The notes beneath the pieces are model-generated. The model did not search any database, was not told the DNA's origin, and saw nothing but the letters and a program-made list of their open reading frames with translations. Both the position numbers and the translations under genes were made by a program. This document shows positions 36,415-47,782 of a stretch of 64,000 nt of DNA, one piece after another (position 1 is the first letter of the stretch; every line of letters begins with the position of its first letter). Source of the stretch: Capsulimonadaceae bacterium (GTDB lineage Bacteria; Armatimonadota; Armatimonadia; Armatimonadales; Capsulimonadaceae); contig OZ244065.1 of the NCBI GenBank assembly GCA_965215505.1, positions 5,088,001-5,152,000 on the forward strand, read 5' to 3'.

Positions 36415-37323
36415 TCATATCATCATCCGGCTTTCCGGCGGTCCGCTGCCGTGCGCGCGGCGGAGTCCCTCGATGTGCTGTTTCAGGGCCGGGTCCGCCG
36501 TGAAGTACATGTTGTTGAACTTCAGAGCGACGTTACTCAGCCCCATCACGGTGAACACATGATAGCCGGGTATGCTGGTCATCTTCGCGTTCAGCGGGGC
36601 CGTGACCGCCGGGGGCGGATTCCAGACCATCTGCGCCAGCAGGTCCGCCGTATCGGCGGTCTGCACCCGTGCCAGCTCGTCGGAGATCACGCCCCACTGA
36701 TCGAGAAGAGCTGGGTCCTCCGAGGTCGTGACCCCCTGCCACACTGGAAAGACGTACTCCCCCGGCATCGCGAAGAGCGCCCGGAGGGCGGTCGCCCTGC
36801 GTTCCCTGTCGTCGTCCTGCACCGCCTGTTCCGCCAGCCGTTCGGCCACCACCCGCAGGCGGGCCGGGTCAAGCCCCGTGATTGTCAGCGGGAAAGTGTC
36901 CTCGCGCGTCAGGACGGTGCCAAAGACTTCCCCCCACTCTGAAGGCGCAACACCTGGATGAGACTCCATCGTGTAGGGCCTTCGGATGCGCGCGGACAAC
37001 AGGTAGTCACCGAGATGCATCGGGCGCAGCAGGCGGCTGACGACGACGTATTCAACAGTAGGGCGTCTGCCGGATGCACTAATCCCGCTGCCATGAATGC
37101 CGCCCTGCCGCATACGCGGGTCGAGAACGGGCGGCGCAGTACTCCCTTCCGCATCGGTGAGGGTGACTGTTATCCAATCTTTTCTATCCCTGCCCGTGTA
37201 GAGGCTCGCCCCTTGTGCGTGGGTGACAATGAAGGTGTAGCGCAGGACGATGGGTTCGCCCAACGAAAGAACGTCCTCAGCGAGTGACACCTCGGCGTGG
37301 ATGGTAGGTAGTTCGGTTTGCAT
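36415..37323 (-). CDS. Hypothetical protein, paralog of 37495-38370
   Basis: Shared LGEPIVLRY, ALRALFAMP, ADLLAQM, NMY..ALK.HIEG. Confidence 0.75.
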   Translation of the reverse strand: MQTELPTIHAEVSLAEDVLSLGEPIVLRYTFIVTHAQGASLYTGRDRKDWITVTLTDAEGSTAPPVLDPRMRQGGIHGSGISASGRRPTVEYVVVSRLLRPMHLGDYLLSARIRRPYTMESHPGVAPSEWGEVFGTVLTREDTFPLTITGLDPARLRVVAERLAEQAVQDDDRERRATALRALFAMPGEYVFPVWQGVTTSEDPALLDQWGVISDELARVQTADTADLLAQMVWNPPPAVTAPLNAKMTSIPGYHVFTVMGLSNVALKFNNMYFTADPALKQHIEGLRRAHGSGPPESRMMI

Positions 37324-37494
37324 CTCAGAGGCCCGTTCCTAAGTCTAGGTCTGCTTCACTGCTATCACCATCCGGGGCTGTGGAAAGCCCCGGCAGAGAA
37401 GCGTCCTTCGGACGAGGATGGAGACGAGGGAATGCGGGTCCCGATCTTCACCCATGAGGGTGTCTCTTTGCCTGTACTCTCTACAGCCCGGCAT

Positions 37495-38370
37495 TTACCC
37501 TCCTGTGCGCCATATCGCGGATTGGCTGACTTCTTTCCCGTACCTCGTATGTATCCCCTCAATGTGCCGCTTCAGGGCTTCATCGCCTGCCCGATACATG
37601 TTGTCCAGCAGCACGGAGGCGTAGCCTATGATCAGCATCGGGCCATAGCCTGGGTTCCACATCTGCGCGAGGAGGTCGGCGGCGGCGGGCGTCATGACAT
37701 GAGCCAGTTCACGCATCAGGTCTTCCTTGTAACGGAAGCCCCGATCACTCGCCAGAGCCTGCCAGCTTGGGAGGGCATACCGCTCCGGCATTGCTAGGAG
37801 CGCCCGGAGGGCGTCTAGCCGCTGCTCGTGTGTGGGCCGCGTCATAGCATCCTGTCTCAGCTCCTCGGCAATCTGTCGCAGGCGGGCTTCCTCCGGCTCC
37901 GTGACGGTGATCGTGAAAGACTGCTCCTGAATGAGCACCGTTTCGGTGCTCATGTGCCACAGCCTTTGAGGGTGGCCGTTCGCTCGTCCCCCCAGCACAT
38001 AAGGCAGTCGAGCTTTGACATGTAGCCCGTACCGCCCGACATGCGGGACCGTCAGCCATTGCGTGACGATCAGGAATGCCTGATAGGTCCGACCGGGAGC
38101 GATATGCACTTCTCTCGTTGGCTGAGAACCCCCCTGCGGCTTCCGGGGGTCGGGGCGCTCCGGCGCGGGCCGCCCTGCCTCATCCACGAGGCTCAGGCTC
38201 GCCCACGCGCTCTGTTCTTGGCCCAGGTAAACCCACAGTCCTTCACCATCCCCGCCGACCATGATGTCATAGCGGAGGATGATCGGCTCGCCTAACATGA
38301 TGGTTTTGCTGATGAGTGACAGGTTTAGGCCGAGGGCATCCTTAGACTGAGAAGCTTCCATCCGTTGCAC
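37495..38370 (-). CDS. Hypothetical protein, paralog of 36415-37323
   Basis: Shared LGEPIILRY, ALRALLAMP, ADLLAQMWNP, NMY..ALKRHIEG. Confidence 0.75.
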   Translation of the reverse strand: MQRMEASQSKDALGLNLSLISKTIMLGEPIILRYDIMVGGDGEGLWVYLGQEQSAWASLSLVDEAGRPAPERPDPRKPQGGSQPTREVHIAPGRTYQAFLIVTQWLTVPHVGRYGLHVKARLPYVLGGRANGHPQRLWHMSTETVLIQEQSFTITVTEPEEARLRQIAEELRQDAMTRPTHEQRLDALRALLAMPERYALPSWQALASDRGFRYKEDLMRELAHVMTPAAADLLAQMWNPGYGPMLIIGYASVLLDNMYRAGDEALKRHIEGIHTRYGKEVSQSAIWRTGG

Positions 38371-38530
38371 CTGCGATTTCTATGGCCCGAACTGTAGGTC
38401 GGCCTCCGGAAATGCCGATTCCTGACGCGCGACGGACACTTACAATCCTGTCATGGAAACAGTATAGGGCTTGCCCACAGGTTTATCAAGCGTTCACCCA
38501 AATCAACCTTAAGTCTCCAGGAACGGCGCT

Positions 38531-39178
38531 TCACCGCGCCGTGCCCGTGAGCTGACAGCCGAAGAACAGCGTCTTCGTGCGGGGGGGCTTCCGCCCGTCC
38601 AGGACGGCGGCGAGCGCCTTTTTTGCCCAGGCGGTTTTTGGGTCGTGGCAGTACCGGGCGACATTGTAAGCGCCGGTGAAGGCCACCCGGCCCCGCGCGT
38701 CCAGGATGACGGCGGCGGGGGCCGCCCAGACGCCGAAGCGGCGCGCGACGCGGTTGTCGGCGTCTACGAGGGTGTATGGATCGGTGATGGCGCGCGCCTG
38801 CCATGCCTCGGAGGCCGCGCTTTGGTCTGCGGTGGTCGGCCCGGAGGCGATGACGGTGACGAAGCGGACGCCTCGTGGCCGGTAGTCGTTGAGGAGGCCG
38901 CGCACGTCCCCTTCGGCGAAGCGCGAGCAGGGGCAGTGCGGGTTCCAGAAGTTCAGCACCGTGACAGGTTCTGGCCCGGCGAGGCGGACCGGCCCCTGCC
39001 GGGTGTCCAAGACGGCATACGGGGGGGGAGGGAGCGCCTCCGGATGGGCGACGGCGGCCCCGGCGGGCCGGGAGACGGGGCGCAGATACTGCCCCTCGAA
39101 GTGCCAGAAGGCCAGGACCGTCCCGGCCCCCCACAGCAGCAGGAGAAGCCCGACCCCGATGCTGCTTCCCAGCCTCAT
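38531..39178 (-). CDS. Membrane-anchored thioredoxin-fold protein (AhpC/TSA, DUF6436-like)
   Basis: [35 protein letters not shown] overlap with the MCP stop. Confidence 0.8.
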   Translation of the reverse strand: MRLGSSIGVGLLLLLWGAGTVLAFWHFEGQYLRPVSRPAGAAVAHPEALPPPPYAVLDTRQGPVRLAGPEPVTVLNFWNPHCPCSRFAEGDVRGLLNDYRPRGVRFVTVIASGPTTADQSAASEAWQARAITDPYTLVDADNRVARRFGVWAAPAAVILDARGRVAFTGAYNVARYCHDPKTAWAKKALAAVLDGRKPPRTKTLFFGCQLTGTAR

Positions 39179-41043
39179 GCGGCCTTCCTCCACGGCGCGT
39201 CGAGGGACACCGTGCCCGCGCTTTCTTCCGCGCCCAGCGCGGGCGGCTCCGTCTGGAACCGATTCAGGGACAGGCTGACCCTCTCGGCGTTGTGGGCCAC
39301 CTGCTCGGTGATCTGTGCCAGCCGCTCCAGCGCGCCGAACTGGCGGGTGATCTGTTCGGAGACTTCCTGAGCCGCTGCGCTATTCTCTTCCGTGATCGCG
39401 GCGCTCTGTGCCATGCCCTCCTGCGCCGACAGGGCCTGGTCCGACAGCGCCGTCGCCGCACGATCGTGGGCGGCGATCTGACACTGGAACGCCTTGATCT
39501 GATCCCCTATCTCCTGACCTGCCGCCTCCATGCCCGCCGCTGCGCCCTGGTTCTGGGCGGCGAGGGCGTGGATTCGCCCCACGAGGGACGCCGTCTGCTC
39601 CCCGGCGCTGACGACCGTACCGGTCATCTGAGTCACTCGGGCGAACTCGCTCAGGGGCGTGCCCCCATCGTGCGGCCCGTCCAGCGTCAGGGCGCGCACT
39701 TCCTCGACCTCCTGCTGGACCAGGGCGATGAGGGCACCGATCTCGCGGGCGGCCTTGGCCGAATGGTCGGCGAGCTTGCGGACCTCCTCGGCGACGACGG
39801 CGAACCCGCGCCCCTGTTCGCCGGCCCGCGCCGCCTCGATGGCGGCGTTGAGGGCCAGCAGGTTGGTCTGGGAGGCGATGCTGCTGACCGTCTCGGCGAA
39901 CGCGCCGATCTCGCGCGAGCGGCGGCTCAGGTGTTCCGCCTTGCCCGCCACGGCGCTGACGGCGGCCCTGGTCGCGTCCGAGGCCGACCGGACGGTGGCG
40001 ACCGCCTCCATGGCCGCCGCGTGCGCCTGTTCCGAAGCGGCGACCTGTTCGGCGCTCGCGGCGGCGACCTGTCCCGTCCGATCACGGAGCGCGTTCACGG
40101 CCGCTGACATCTCCTGAATCAGCAGTGCCTGCGCCCGCGTCTCGACCGCCACGCGCTGGGTCATCTCGGCCGCCGCGCTCATCTCCAAGGTCGCACGAGC
40201 GGTCTGACGCGCCTGCTCCGCCGCCCCCACCGACACCTGGACGATCGCCCGCTGGACGAACTCGCTCCCCCGCCGAATCTCCCCCATCTCTTCCGCCGCC
40301 TGATGGGCGTCGGCCTCGATCCGCCTGCCTTCCTTCTTCGCGCCCTCTATCCGGCTACGCAGCCGCTCCAGCAGACCGTCTATCGCCCCGGTCGTGCCCG
40401 CAAGCGGCGAGGAGGGGGGCCAGGCGAGCCGCACCGTCAGGTCGTCCCCCGTCAGCCGGCCGTCGGCCAGCGCCTGGGTCAGCCGGCTGAGGTCCTCCGC
40501 CTGATGCCACTCCTGACGCATCCGCACCGCCATGACGATCAGAAGTCCCGACTCGAACACGACGAAGCCCGCGTGGATTAAAGTCAGCATCCAAACGCCC
40601 ACGGCCTCGGACGTGTAGATGTAGACCGGCGTGTGCAGAGTCTGGAGCAATGTGAAGGCCGCGTGGTGTCCCGCGATCGTCACGGCCGCCGCCACGATCG
40701 CGCGCCAGTCCCGGTAGGCCAGCAGGAAAGCCAGGGCACAGAAGACGTGGAAATGGGTCTCCGTCAGGCCGTGGGTTTGCTGGATGAACAGGGCCGAGAA
40801 GACCATCAGGGCGACGCCGACGACGCAGCGGACCAGGACCGTGCCCGGCCGGAGGCGCGCGAGGGCGGTGACGACCAGGGCCGTCGGCAGCCCGATGAGA
40901 AGCGACTGGGCCCCCGTCTGATACCAGAGCGAGAGCAGGAGTGCGGCGGCGAGGTGTGCCCAAATCAGCGCCACGAAGAGCCGGTCGGTCCGCCGGTCGG
41001 CTTCGGCGATGGAGAAGTAGTAGACGGGCGGCGAAGGTGACAA
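39175..41043 (-). CDS. Methyl-accepting chemotaxis protein with a multi-TM His-rich sensor
   Basis: [40 protein letters not shown] start at 41043 inferred from RBS caggag. Confidence 0.93.
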   Translation of the reverse strand: MSPSPPVYYFSIAEADRRTDRLFVALIWAHLAAALLLSLWYQTGAQSLLIGLPTALVVTALARLRPGTVLVRCVVGVALMVFSALFIQQTHGLTETHFHVFCALAFLLAYRDWRAIVAAAVTIAGHHAAFTLLQTLHTPVYIYTSEAVGVWMLTLIHAGFVVFESGLLIVMAVRMRQEWHQAEDLSRLTQALADGRLTGDDLTVRLAWPPSSPLAGTTGAIDGLLERLRSRIEGAKKEGRRIEADAHQAAEEMGEIRRGSEFVQRAIVQVSVGAAEQARQTARATLEMSAAAEMTQRVAVETRAQALLIQEMSAAVNALRDRTGQVAAASAEQVAASEQAHAAAMEAVATVRSASDATRAAVSAVAGKAEHLSRRSREIGAFAETVSSIASQTNLLALNAAIEAARAGEQGRGFAVVAEEVRKLADHSAKAAREIGALIALVQQEVEEVRALTLDGPHDGGTPLSEFARVTQMTGTVVSAGEQTASLVGRIHALAAQNQGAAAGMEAAGQEIGDQIKAFQCQIAAHDRAATALSDQALSAQEGMAQSAAITEENSAAAQEVSEQITRQFGALERLAQITEQVAHNAERVSLSLNRFQTEPPALGAEESAGTVSLDAPWRKAA

Positions 41044-41093
41044 AAGGGGGTTCTCCTGAAAGTACTCTGACCGGCAGTGCATCAGGTACTCTG

Positions 41094-41121
41094 TTATCGG
41101 AAGAAGGCCCCGTAGAAGTTA
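41094..41121 (-). promoter_or_regulatory. Sigma28-type promoter of the MCP gene
   Basis: TAAC-16 nt-TCCGATAA on -. Confidence 0.65.
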
Positions 41122-41155
41122 GGTGTCCGTGGCCGAGTCGCGGCGGTCACAGAGG

Positions 41156-41743
41156 TTACAAACTCGTCCGAGGCGACGGGGAGGGAGTGCCCGGCGGGGC
41201 GCTCGCCACGGTGACGCGCGACATCCGCTGCGTGAGCCGCGCCGCGCGGTCGGCGGGGAGGGTGGCGAGGACCTGGCCGGCCTTCTTCTCGTCGAGCTGC
41301 GTCAGCGACGCGATCACGTCCGGGTCGGGCAGCTTGCCGAAGATGCGGGCGAGGTCGTCGGCGGACATGGTGGCGTAGATCGCGCCGAGCTTGGCGGCGT
41401 TGTCCGGGGCCGGGGCGGGGGATGCGCCGCCGCCGTCGGCGGGCGCGGCGGGCGTCCGCTTCTGGGCCTCCAGAGCGACGCGGTCTTTTTCCAGTTGTGC
41501 CTGATCGGCGGCTAGTTTCTTCTTCTGGGCGTCGAGCGCCTGGCGCTCAGGGTCCGGGGCCGCGACCGGGGCCGCGCCGTGCGCGGGCTTTTTGGCCTTG
41601 GCGAGATGCAGCGCCTTCAATGCGGAGGCCAGGGCGGGGGACTTGCCGGCCATCTTCTGGACGGGGATGACGCCCAGGAAGGCCAGGCCGTAGGCGACGC
41701 CGAGCAGGGCCAGGACGCCGAAGACTCCGAGGACGGCTTTCAC
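41156..41743 (-). CDS. MotE/YlxF family flagellar protein (MgtE-N-like)
   Basis: TM helix, coiled coil, KLGAIYATMSADDLARI...DEKKAGQVLATLPADRAARLT. Confidence 0.8.
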   Translation of the reverse strand: MKAVLGVFGVLALLGVAYGLAFLGVIPVQKMAGKSPALASALKALHLAKAKKPAHGAAPVAAPDPERQALDAQKKKLAADQAQLEKDRVALEAQKRTPAAPADGGGASPAPAPDNAAKLGAIYATMSADDLARIFGKLPDPDVIASLTQLDEKKAGQVLATLPADRAARLTQRMSRVTVASAPPGTPSPSPRTSL

Positions 41744-41749
41744 GGGAGG

Positions 41750-42424
41750 TTAGCCTTTCTCCATGGCGGCCCGGACGCGGCGGATGTAGTTCTGTGTCTC
41801 GGTGAACGGCGGCACGCCGCCGTACCTGTGGACATTGCCCGGCCCGGCGTTGTAGCCGGCCAGGGCCAGGTCGAGGTTGCCCTTGTACTGCGCCATTAGG
41901 CCCGCGAGCTGCCTGGTGCCCGCCGCGATGTTCTGCTCCGGGTCGAATGGGTCGGCGATGCCGGCCTCCTTGACGTTCGCGGGCATGAGCTGCATCAGCC
42001 CCATCGCACCCGCCCGCGAGACGCAGCGCGGGTTGCCGTCCGACTCGGTCTTGATGACGGCGCGGACCAGGGCCGGAGCCAGCCCGTTCTGGGCGGCATA
42101 CTTCTGGACGAGGGCGTCCACGTCCGCCGCGCCCGCCGAGGCGACGCGCGGCAGGGGGAGGACGTCCGGGGCACCCGGCGTGACGGGCATGGGCGGGAGC
42201 GGGCCGAGCGAGGCGGGCGGCGCGGGGACGGGCGAGCCGCCGGGCAGAGCCGTCGGGCCGGTGACCGGCGGCACCGAGGCCTGCGCCGCCGTCAGCGCCC
42301 TCGCGAATGTGGGCGTCGCCTCCGGGGCTGCGGCGGGCGCGGCGGGGGGCGGGCCGCTGAGGGCGGCGATGCGGCCCTCGATGTCGCTGATCCGGGCGCT
42401 GATGCGGCTGATCTCATCCATCAT
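41750..42424 (-). CDS. Lytic transglycosylase (SLT domain), flagellum-associated
   Basis: AVIKTES, GAMGLMQLMP, ALAGYNAGPG, PPFTETQNY. Confidence 0.93.
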   Translation of the reverse strand: MMDEISRISARISDIEGRIAALSGPPPAAPAAAPEATPTFARALTAAQASVPPVTGPTALPGGSPVPAPPASLGPLPPMPVTPGAPDVLPLPRVASAGAADVDALVQKYAAQNGLAPALVRAVIKTESDGNPRCVSRAGAMGLMQLMPANVKEAGIADPFDPEQNIAAGTRQLAGLMAQYKGNLDLALAGYNAGPGNVHRYGGVPPFTETQNYIRRVRAAMEKG

Positions 42425-42432
42425 GATCTCTG

Positions 42433-42891
42433 CTAACTCCCTTCCGACGCGCGCTGCTGGAAGTTGAAGCGCGTCGTCGCCAGCTCGTCCATCACGCCCT
42501 GCTCGGCCCGCAGGGCGGTGACTTGGTGCGCCTGATGGTGCCGGTCCCGGACGGTCACGAGTGCCTGTTTGTCCCGCGCGGTGCCGACCATGTGCAGTTT
42601 GTGCGCCTCGCGCGAGGTCACCAGCTCGCGCAGGTAGCCTTCCTGTTCCGTGATGGACTGCGTGATGACCTGCATGTAGTCCTGATAGAGCTTCGTCTCG
42701 AATGCGTCGAATGCGCCTTCCCTTCTGCGGCACAGCTCTTCCAGCAGCGCCCCGCGCACCTCGCGCATCTCCCCCAGCAGCCGCTCGGCGCGGGCCACGG
42801 CGGCCTGCGCCTGGGCGAAGGTTTGCTGCGCCTGGGTTTCGCGGCGCTCCCGCTGCTCCAGCACCGACTGTAAACGGAACTTAAACTTCAT
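42433..42891 (-). CDS. fliJ: Flagellar export protein
   Basis: [12 protein letters not shown]...EQGVMDE; directly after fliI. Confidence 0.9.
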   Translation of the reverse strand: MKFKFRLQSVLEQRERRETQAQQTFAQAQAAVARAERLLGEMREVRGALLEELCRRREGAFDAFETKLYQDYMQVITQSITEQEGYLRELVTSREAHKLHMVGTARDKQALVTVRDRHHQAHQVTALRAEQGVMDELATTRFNFQQRASEGS

Positions 42892-44215
42892 CGGCAAAAA
42901 TTCCCTCTAAGGCCTCGACCGTCGTGTCCATGGTGGACTGCTCATGCACCCCCTGCCGCAGAAACGCTCGCGCCGGCTCGATCAGCCGGCGGGCGGCGTC
43001 AATGCGCGGGTTACTGCCTTCGGAATACGCGCCGATGTTGATCAGGTCCTCGGCTTCTTTGAAGGTCGCCAGAGTCTCGCGCAGGCGCGTAGCGGACGCC
43101 CGCTGGTCCGGCGATGTCACCTGGGACATGACGCGGGACACGCTGCGCCCCACCTCGATGGCCGGATAGTGCCCCCGCGCGGCAAGGTCCCGCGAGAGCC
43201 AGATGTGGCCGTCCAGGATGCCCCGGACCGCGTCCGCGATCGGCTCGTTCTCGTCGTCGCCTTCCACCAGGACGGTGTACAGGGCGGTGATCGTCCCCCT
43301 GTCACTTGTCCCCGACCGCTCCAGAATCTTTGGCAGCAGGGCGAAGACGCTGGGCGGGTAGCCGCGCGTCGCGGGCGGCTCGCCGACGGCAAGCCCGACC
43401 TCGCGCTGGGCCATCGCCAGACGCGTCACCGAGTCCATCATCAGCAGGACGTCCCGGCCCTGGTCCCGGAAATACTCGGCTATGGCCGTGGCGACCAAAG
43501 GTGCTTTCAGGCGCACCAGCGGGGGCCGGTCGCCGGTCGCGATGACGAGGACCGAGCGGCGCAGGCCCTCTTCCCCTAGGTCGCTCTCGATGAACTCCAG
43601 GACCTCCCGCCCGCGCTCGCCGACCAGGCAGATGACATTGACGTCCGCCGTGGTGTTGCGGGCGATCATGCCCAGGACCGTACTTTTGCCCACGCCCGAC
43701 CCGGCGAAGATGCCCATGCGCTGGCCCTTGCCCATCGTCAGCAGCCCGTCAATCGCCCGGATGCCCAGGCCGACCGGCTCAGAGATCCGCCGCCGCGTCA
43801 GGGCGTCGGGCGGCGCGGCGAAGATCGGGTACTGCTTCGCCCCAGGCCCGTGCAGCGCGCCCTTGCCATCGGCGGGCTGGCCCAGGCCGTCCAGGACGCG
43901 CCCCAGCAGGAAGTCGCCCACCGTAACCTGCTGCATGTTGCCGGTCGCGACCACCTCGGAGCCGGGCTTGATGCCGGCCATCTCGCCCAGCGGCATCAGC
44001 AGCAGGCGGTTAGCCTTGAACCCGACCACCTCCGCCTTCACGGTCGGCGCGTTGCGCCCGCCGTGCCGGATCTCGCACAGCTCGCCGATCTGCGCGGCTG
44101 GCCCGATGCTCTCCACGACCAGGCCGATGACCTGCGTGACCAGCCCGTTGGCCCGGACGGTATCCAGCCGGGTGACGATGGCCCGGTACTTGGCGAGGTC
44201 AATGGGGGCAGTCAT
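42881..44215 (-). CDS. fliI: Flagellar export ATPase
   Basis: [35 protein letters not shown]. Confidence 0.96.
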   Translation of the reverse strand: MTAPIDLAKYRAIVTRLDTVRANGLVTQVIGLVVESIGPAAQIGELCEIRHGGRNAPTVKAEVVGFKANRLLLMPLGEMAGIKPGSEVVATGNMQQVTVGDFLLGRVLDGLGQPADGKGALHGPGAKQYPIFAAPPDALTRRRISEPVGLGIRAIDGLLTMGKGQRMGIFAGSGVGKSTVLGMIARNTTADVNVICLVGERGREVLEFIESDLGEEGLRRSVLVIATGDRPPLVRLKAPLVATAIAEYFRDQGRDVLLMMDSVTRLAMAQREVGLAVGEPPATRGYPPSVFALLPKILERSGTSDRGTITALYTVLVEGDDENEPIADAVRGILDGHIWLSRDLAARGHYPAIEVGRSVSRVMSQVTSPDQRASATRLRETLATFKEAEDLINIGAYSEGSNPRIDAARRLIEPARAFLRQGVHEQSTMDTTVEALEGIFADEV

Positions 44216-44216
44216 C

Positions 44217-44954
44217 TCATCCACTCTCCACCACCCCCAGCGCCCGTGCCACTTCCGATAACTGCGTCTCGATCTTGGCGTCAATCGTGCCAGCGTTCGT
44301 CTCGATCACGCACCCGCCGTCACCCACCCGGCGGTCGTCTACGATCTCCAGATGCCGCAGCCCGTCCATCAGCTCCATCAGGTCCTGACGCATCTCCTTG
44401 ACGCGCGGGGCGTCGCCGACCGAGACGCGGACCCGGACGTTGTCTTTGTCCGTGATGCGCCGGACGGCGTTCGCGATGAGGGCGCGGACGACTTCGGGGT
44501 TCTGCGTCACCTCAGTCTTGATTACCTGGCGGGCGATGTCCAGGGCCAGGGCCACCATCTCCGTCTCCTGCCTCGCCCACAGCGCCTCGCGGGCGACCGC
44601 GATCTGCGTCGCCATGCCGTCCATCTCGGCCCGCAGCGCCTCACGGCGAGCGTCCCAGGCGGCCTGCATCTCCGCCTCTACCGAGTCGCGCGCCTCCGTC
44701 CGGCCCTGGAAGTGGCCCTCTTGCCAGGCCGCCTCGCGCAGAGCTTCCGCCTGGGTCCGGGCGTCCTCCAGCATCTCATCGGCCTCGGCACGGGCCTGTG
44801 CCAGCACTGCCTCCGCCTCGGCCTGGAGCGCGCCCAGATCCGGGGCGGTGGGCGTGGGGTCACTCACATCGGACAGCCGCAGCCGGACGGGCGGCTCGGC
44901 CAGCGGCTCCAGCGTCTGTAACCAGGACGTGGCGATTGCCGTAGGAGCAGCCAT
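44217..44954 (-). CDS. fliH: Flagellar assembly protein
   Basis: AxxEG repeats, [20 protein letters not shown]. Confidence 0.92.
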   Translation of the reverse strand: MAAPTAIATSWLQTLEPLAEPPVRLRLSDVSDPTPTAPDLGALQAEAEAVLAQARAEADEMLEDARTQAEALREAAWQEGHFQGRTEARDSVEAEMQAAWDARREALRAEMDGMATQIAVAREALWARQETEMVALALDIARQVIKTEVTQNPEVVRALIANAVRRITDKDNVRVRVSVGDAPRVKEMRQDLMELMDGLRHLEIVDDRRVGDGGCVIETNAGTIDAKIETQLSEVARALGVVESG

Positions 44955-44955
44955 G

Positions 44956-45969
44956 TTAGGCGATCATCTCCTCGCCGCCGCCGCGCGCGACGATGATCTC
45001 GCCGGCCTCTTCCAGCTTGCGGATGACGCCCACGATGCGCTGCTGGCTCTCCTCGACGGACTTGAGGCGCACCGGCCCCATGAACTCCATTTCTTCCTTC
45101 ATCATCGCCGCCGCCCGCTCGGACATGTTCTTAAAGATACGCACCTGCGTGTTCTCGCCGACCCCCTTGAGCGCGACGGCCAGCTCCTTGGTATCCACCT
45201 CTTTGAGTACCATCTGGATCGCCCGGTCGTCGAGCATGATGATGTCCTCGAAGACGAACATGTTTTTCTTGACCTCGTCGGCGATCTCCGGGTTGCTCTC
45301 CGACAGCGATTCGAGGATCGTCTTCTCGGTCGAGCGGTCCACATAGTTGAGGACTTCGACCAGGGCCTTGACGCCGCCCGCGTGGCTGAAGTCGGTGGAG
45401 ACGACCGAGGACAGCTTTTTCTGGAGTACGTTTTCCACCTCCCGGATGACCTCGGGCGGGGTCTTGTCCAGCGTCGCCATCCGGCGCGCGACCTCGGCCC
45501 GCAGGTCCTGCGGCAGCCCGGACAGGATGGCGGCGGCCTGGGGGGCCTGCAAGTAGGCGATGATCAGGGCGACGGTCTGCGGGTGTTCGTTCTGGATGAA
45601 CGTGGTGATCTGGGAGGCGTCCGCTTTCTTCAGGAAGTCGAACGGCATCACCTGGAGGGCCTGCATGACGCGGCCCACGATCAGGGCGGCCTTCTCCTCG
45701 CCGAAGGCGCTCATCAGCATCTCGCGGGCGGCGTCCATGCCGCCCTCGGCGATGAACTCCTGCGCGACGCACAGCTCGTGGAACTCCTCGACGACGGTCT
45801 CGCGCAGGGCCGAGGGGACGCGCCCCATGCGGGCGACCTCAACGCTGAGGACCTCGATCTCGTCCTGCGTCATGTGCTGGAAGATCTGGCTGGCCGTCTC
45901 GGGGCCGAGCGCGACCAGCAGGATGGCGGCTTTTTTGCGGTTGGTGAGCGGCTGCGGGCGTATCGCCAT
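44956..45969 (-). CDS. fliG: Flagellar motor switch protein
   Basis: KAAILLVALG, EHPQTVA, MFVFED, MGPVRL. Confidence 0.97.
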   Translation of the reverse strand: MAIRPQPLTNRKKAAILLVALGPETASQIFQHMTQDEIEVLSVEVARMGRVPSALRETVVEEFHELCVAQEFIAEGGMDAAREMLMSAFGEEKAALIVGRVMQALQVMPFDFLKKADASQITTFIQNEHPQTVALIIAYLQAPQAAAILSGLPQDLRAEVARRMATLDKTPPEVIREVENVLQKKLSSVVSTDFSHAGGVKALVEVLNYVDRSTEKTILESLSESNPEIADEVKKNMFVFEDIIMLDDRAIQMVLKEVDTKELAVALKGVGENTQVRIFKNMSERAAAMMKEEMEFMGPVRLKSVEESQQRIVGVIRKLEEAGEIIVARGGGEEMIA

Positions 45970-46008
45970 GGTGCTTGCTTTCCTAAACTTGCTTCCCCAA
46001 AACTATCG

Positions 46009-47736
46009 TCAGGAGACCTTCACGTCGTCGGCCATCCAGCCCTTGAGCAGCAGGGAGACGCTCTCGGGGTGGGCATTGATCATGGTGCGGATGCTCTCCA
46101 TCTTGAGGTCCTGCTGCTCCTCGATGGACGGCACCCTCGCGCGGCGGCGCGGGCGGCCTTCGGGGTCCGGCATCTCGGCCAGCACGTCCTCGACGGTCAG
46201 CGGGCGCTCCTCCAGCACATGCTCCATGCCGCGCTCGGTCCCGCGGATGCCGCCCGCCGCGTCCAGGATGGCGGCCATCTCGGCGTCCGGCGTCGGCTCC
46301 AGGAGACCGATGTTCGCCCCGCCGCCGGCCAGGGCGAGCTGCGGGCCGTCGGCGCGTCGGCCCGAGGAGCGGGTCAGGAGGATCAGCATGACGATGGCGA
46401 CCGCGCAGACGGCGAGGGTGCGGGCGATGGTGATCATGAGCGCCTGCGAGGCCAGAGCCTGCGCCTGGGCGGCCTGTGCCTTCTGCGAACTCATGTCGAA
46501 GGCGATCTGGCTGACGGTGACGAGCCGGGTTGTGTCGCCGGGGAACGCGCCGACGGCGGCGGCGATGGAGGTCTTCAGCGTGGCGACGGTTTCGGCGGGG
46601 ACGCTGGTGTCCACGAGTGCGGCGACGGAGAGCTTCTTGAGGTCGCCCGGCGCGACCTGGGTCTGGGTGTCGGTGACGTCGTTCTCGTAGTTGGTGACGG
46701 TGTCGCCCGTCGAGTACTTGCCGCCGCCCCCCGCGCCGCCCCCGGTCTGGTAGGACGGGACGTTCAGGTTGGCCGCCGCCCCGGCGACCCCGCCCGCCAT
46801 GGGAGCGCCCGCGCCGGCTCCCGAGTAACTCTCCTGCTTGTCGCGGACGCTGACCGGCAGGCCCGTCCGCAGGCCCGGCGCGGGCGTATGCAGGACCGAG
46901 TGCCGCGTGACCACGTCCTGACTGAGTTCGGCGTTGACGGTGACGACGGCCTTGCCGCGCCCGACCGTCTGGTCGAGCAGGTTCTGGACGATCTTGCGCT
47001 TGTCCTCGCTGTACTTGTCGTTCTCGGCCATCAGGGTGCCGTCCGTCCCAGACCCACCTGCGCCGTTGTCCTTCCACAATGGGACGCCGGTCTGATCGGT
47101 CAGCGACACCTGCGCCGTGGTCAGCTTGGGGACGGCGTGGGCAATCAGGTTGACGATGCCTTTGACCTGGCTGCCGCTCAGGCTCTCGCCCTGCTTCAAG
47201 GTCAGGATGACGCTGGCGGAGGGCGGCGTCTCGTCGCCGACGAACGACGAATCGCTGGGTATCCCCAGCAGGACGGCGGCGGACTGCACCTGGTCCAGCC
47301 CCATCAGCTTGCGGGCCAATTCGCCCTCCGCCTGACTGAGCAGCCGCCGACGCTCGACCTCCGGCGTGGTGCCGATGGAAATCTTGTCAATATCGCCCAG
47401 GCCGTCTATGACCGCCTCTTTGGACAGGATGCCCGCCGCCGCGATGTACATGGAGGCACTGCTCTCGTCCTTGGCGGGGACGCTGACCGTACCGTCCTTG
47501 TCATCGAACTTCATCGCGATAGACTTCTCGCGCAGGACGGCCTCGATGGCCGAGGCGTCCTTGCCGCTGACGCCGTGATAGATCGCGTGGTAGTCCGGGC
47601 TGGCCGCGAGCGAGGCGGCGACGGCCAGGCCGGCCACCATCAGCAACACCAGCCCCGTCGCCATGGCCCGCGTGGCGGGCGTCGCCCCCTGCCACCAGGC
47701 GCGCAATGATTCTCCCCAACTGGATGCGATTGCCAA
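46009..47736 (-). CDS. fliF: Flagellar MS-ring protein
   Basis: Two TM helices, EGELAR, SASVILTL; lies between fliE and fliG. Confidence 0.92.
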   Translation of the reverse strand: MAIASSWGESLRAWWQGATPATRAMATGLVLLMVAGLAVAASLAASPDYHAIYHGVSGKDASAIEAVLREKSIAMKFDDKDGTVSVPAKDESSASMYIAAAGILSKEAVIDGLGDIDKISIGTTPEVERRRLLSQAEGELARKLMGLDQVQSAAVLLGIPSDSSFVGDETPPSASVILTLKQGESLSGSQVKGIVNLIAHAVPKLTTAQVSLTDQTGVPLWKDNGAGGSGTDGTLMAENDKYSEDKRKIVQNLLDQTVGRGKAVVTVNAELSQDVVTRHSVLHTPAPGLRTGLPVSVRDKQESYSGAGAGAPMAGGVAGAAANLNVPSYQTGGGAGGGGKYSTGDTVTNYENDVTDTQTQVAPGDLKKLSVAALVDTSVPAETVATLKTSIAAAVGAFPGDTTRLVTVSQIAFDMSSQKAQAAQAQALASQALMITIARTLAVCAVAIVMLILLTRSSGRRADGPQLALAGGGANIGLLEPTPDAEMAAILDAAGGIRGTERGMEHVLEERPLTVEDVLAEMPDPEGRPRRRARVPSIEEQQDLKMESIRTMINAHPESVSLLLKGWMADDVKVS

Positions 47737-47782
47737 CAGACCTTGCTCCCCCGCCCCCGACTCCTACAGCGACCGTCCCGAC

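Noticed and set aside
38460..38520. DnaA boxes or a dif site in an AT-richer patch
   Set aside because: Two or more mismatches to TTATCCACA, no clustering, and no XerC/D arm pattern
44398..47709. 1,103-aa ORF on +, and other long antisense ORFs (17163-19034, 54461-56536, 8642-10498, 24692-26455)
   Set aside because: Shadow frames opposite well-supported genes, expected at high GC, with no recognisable motifs
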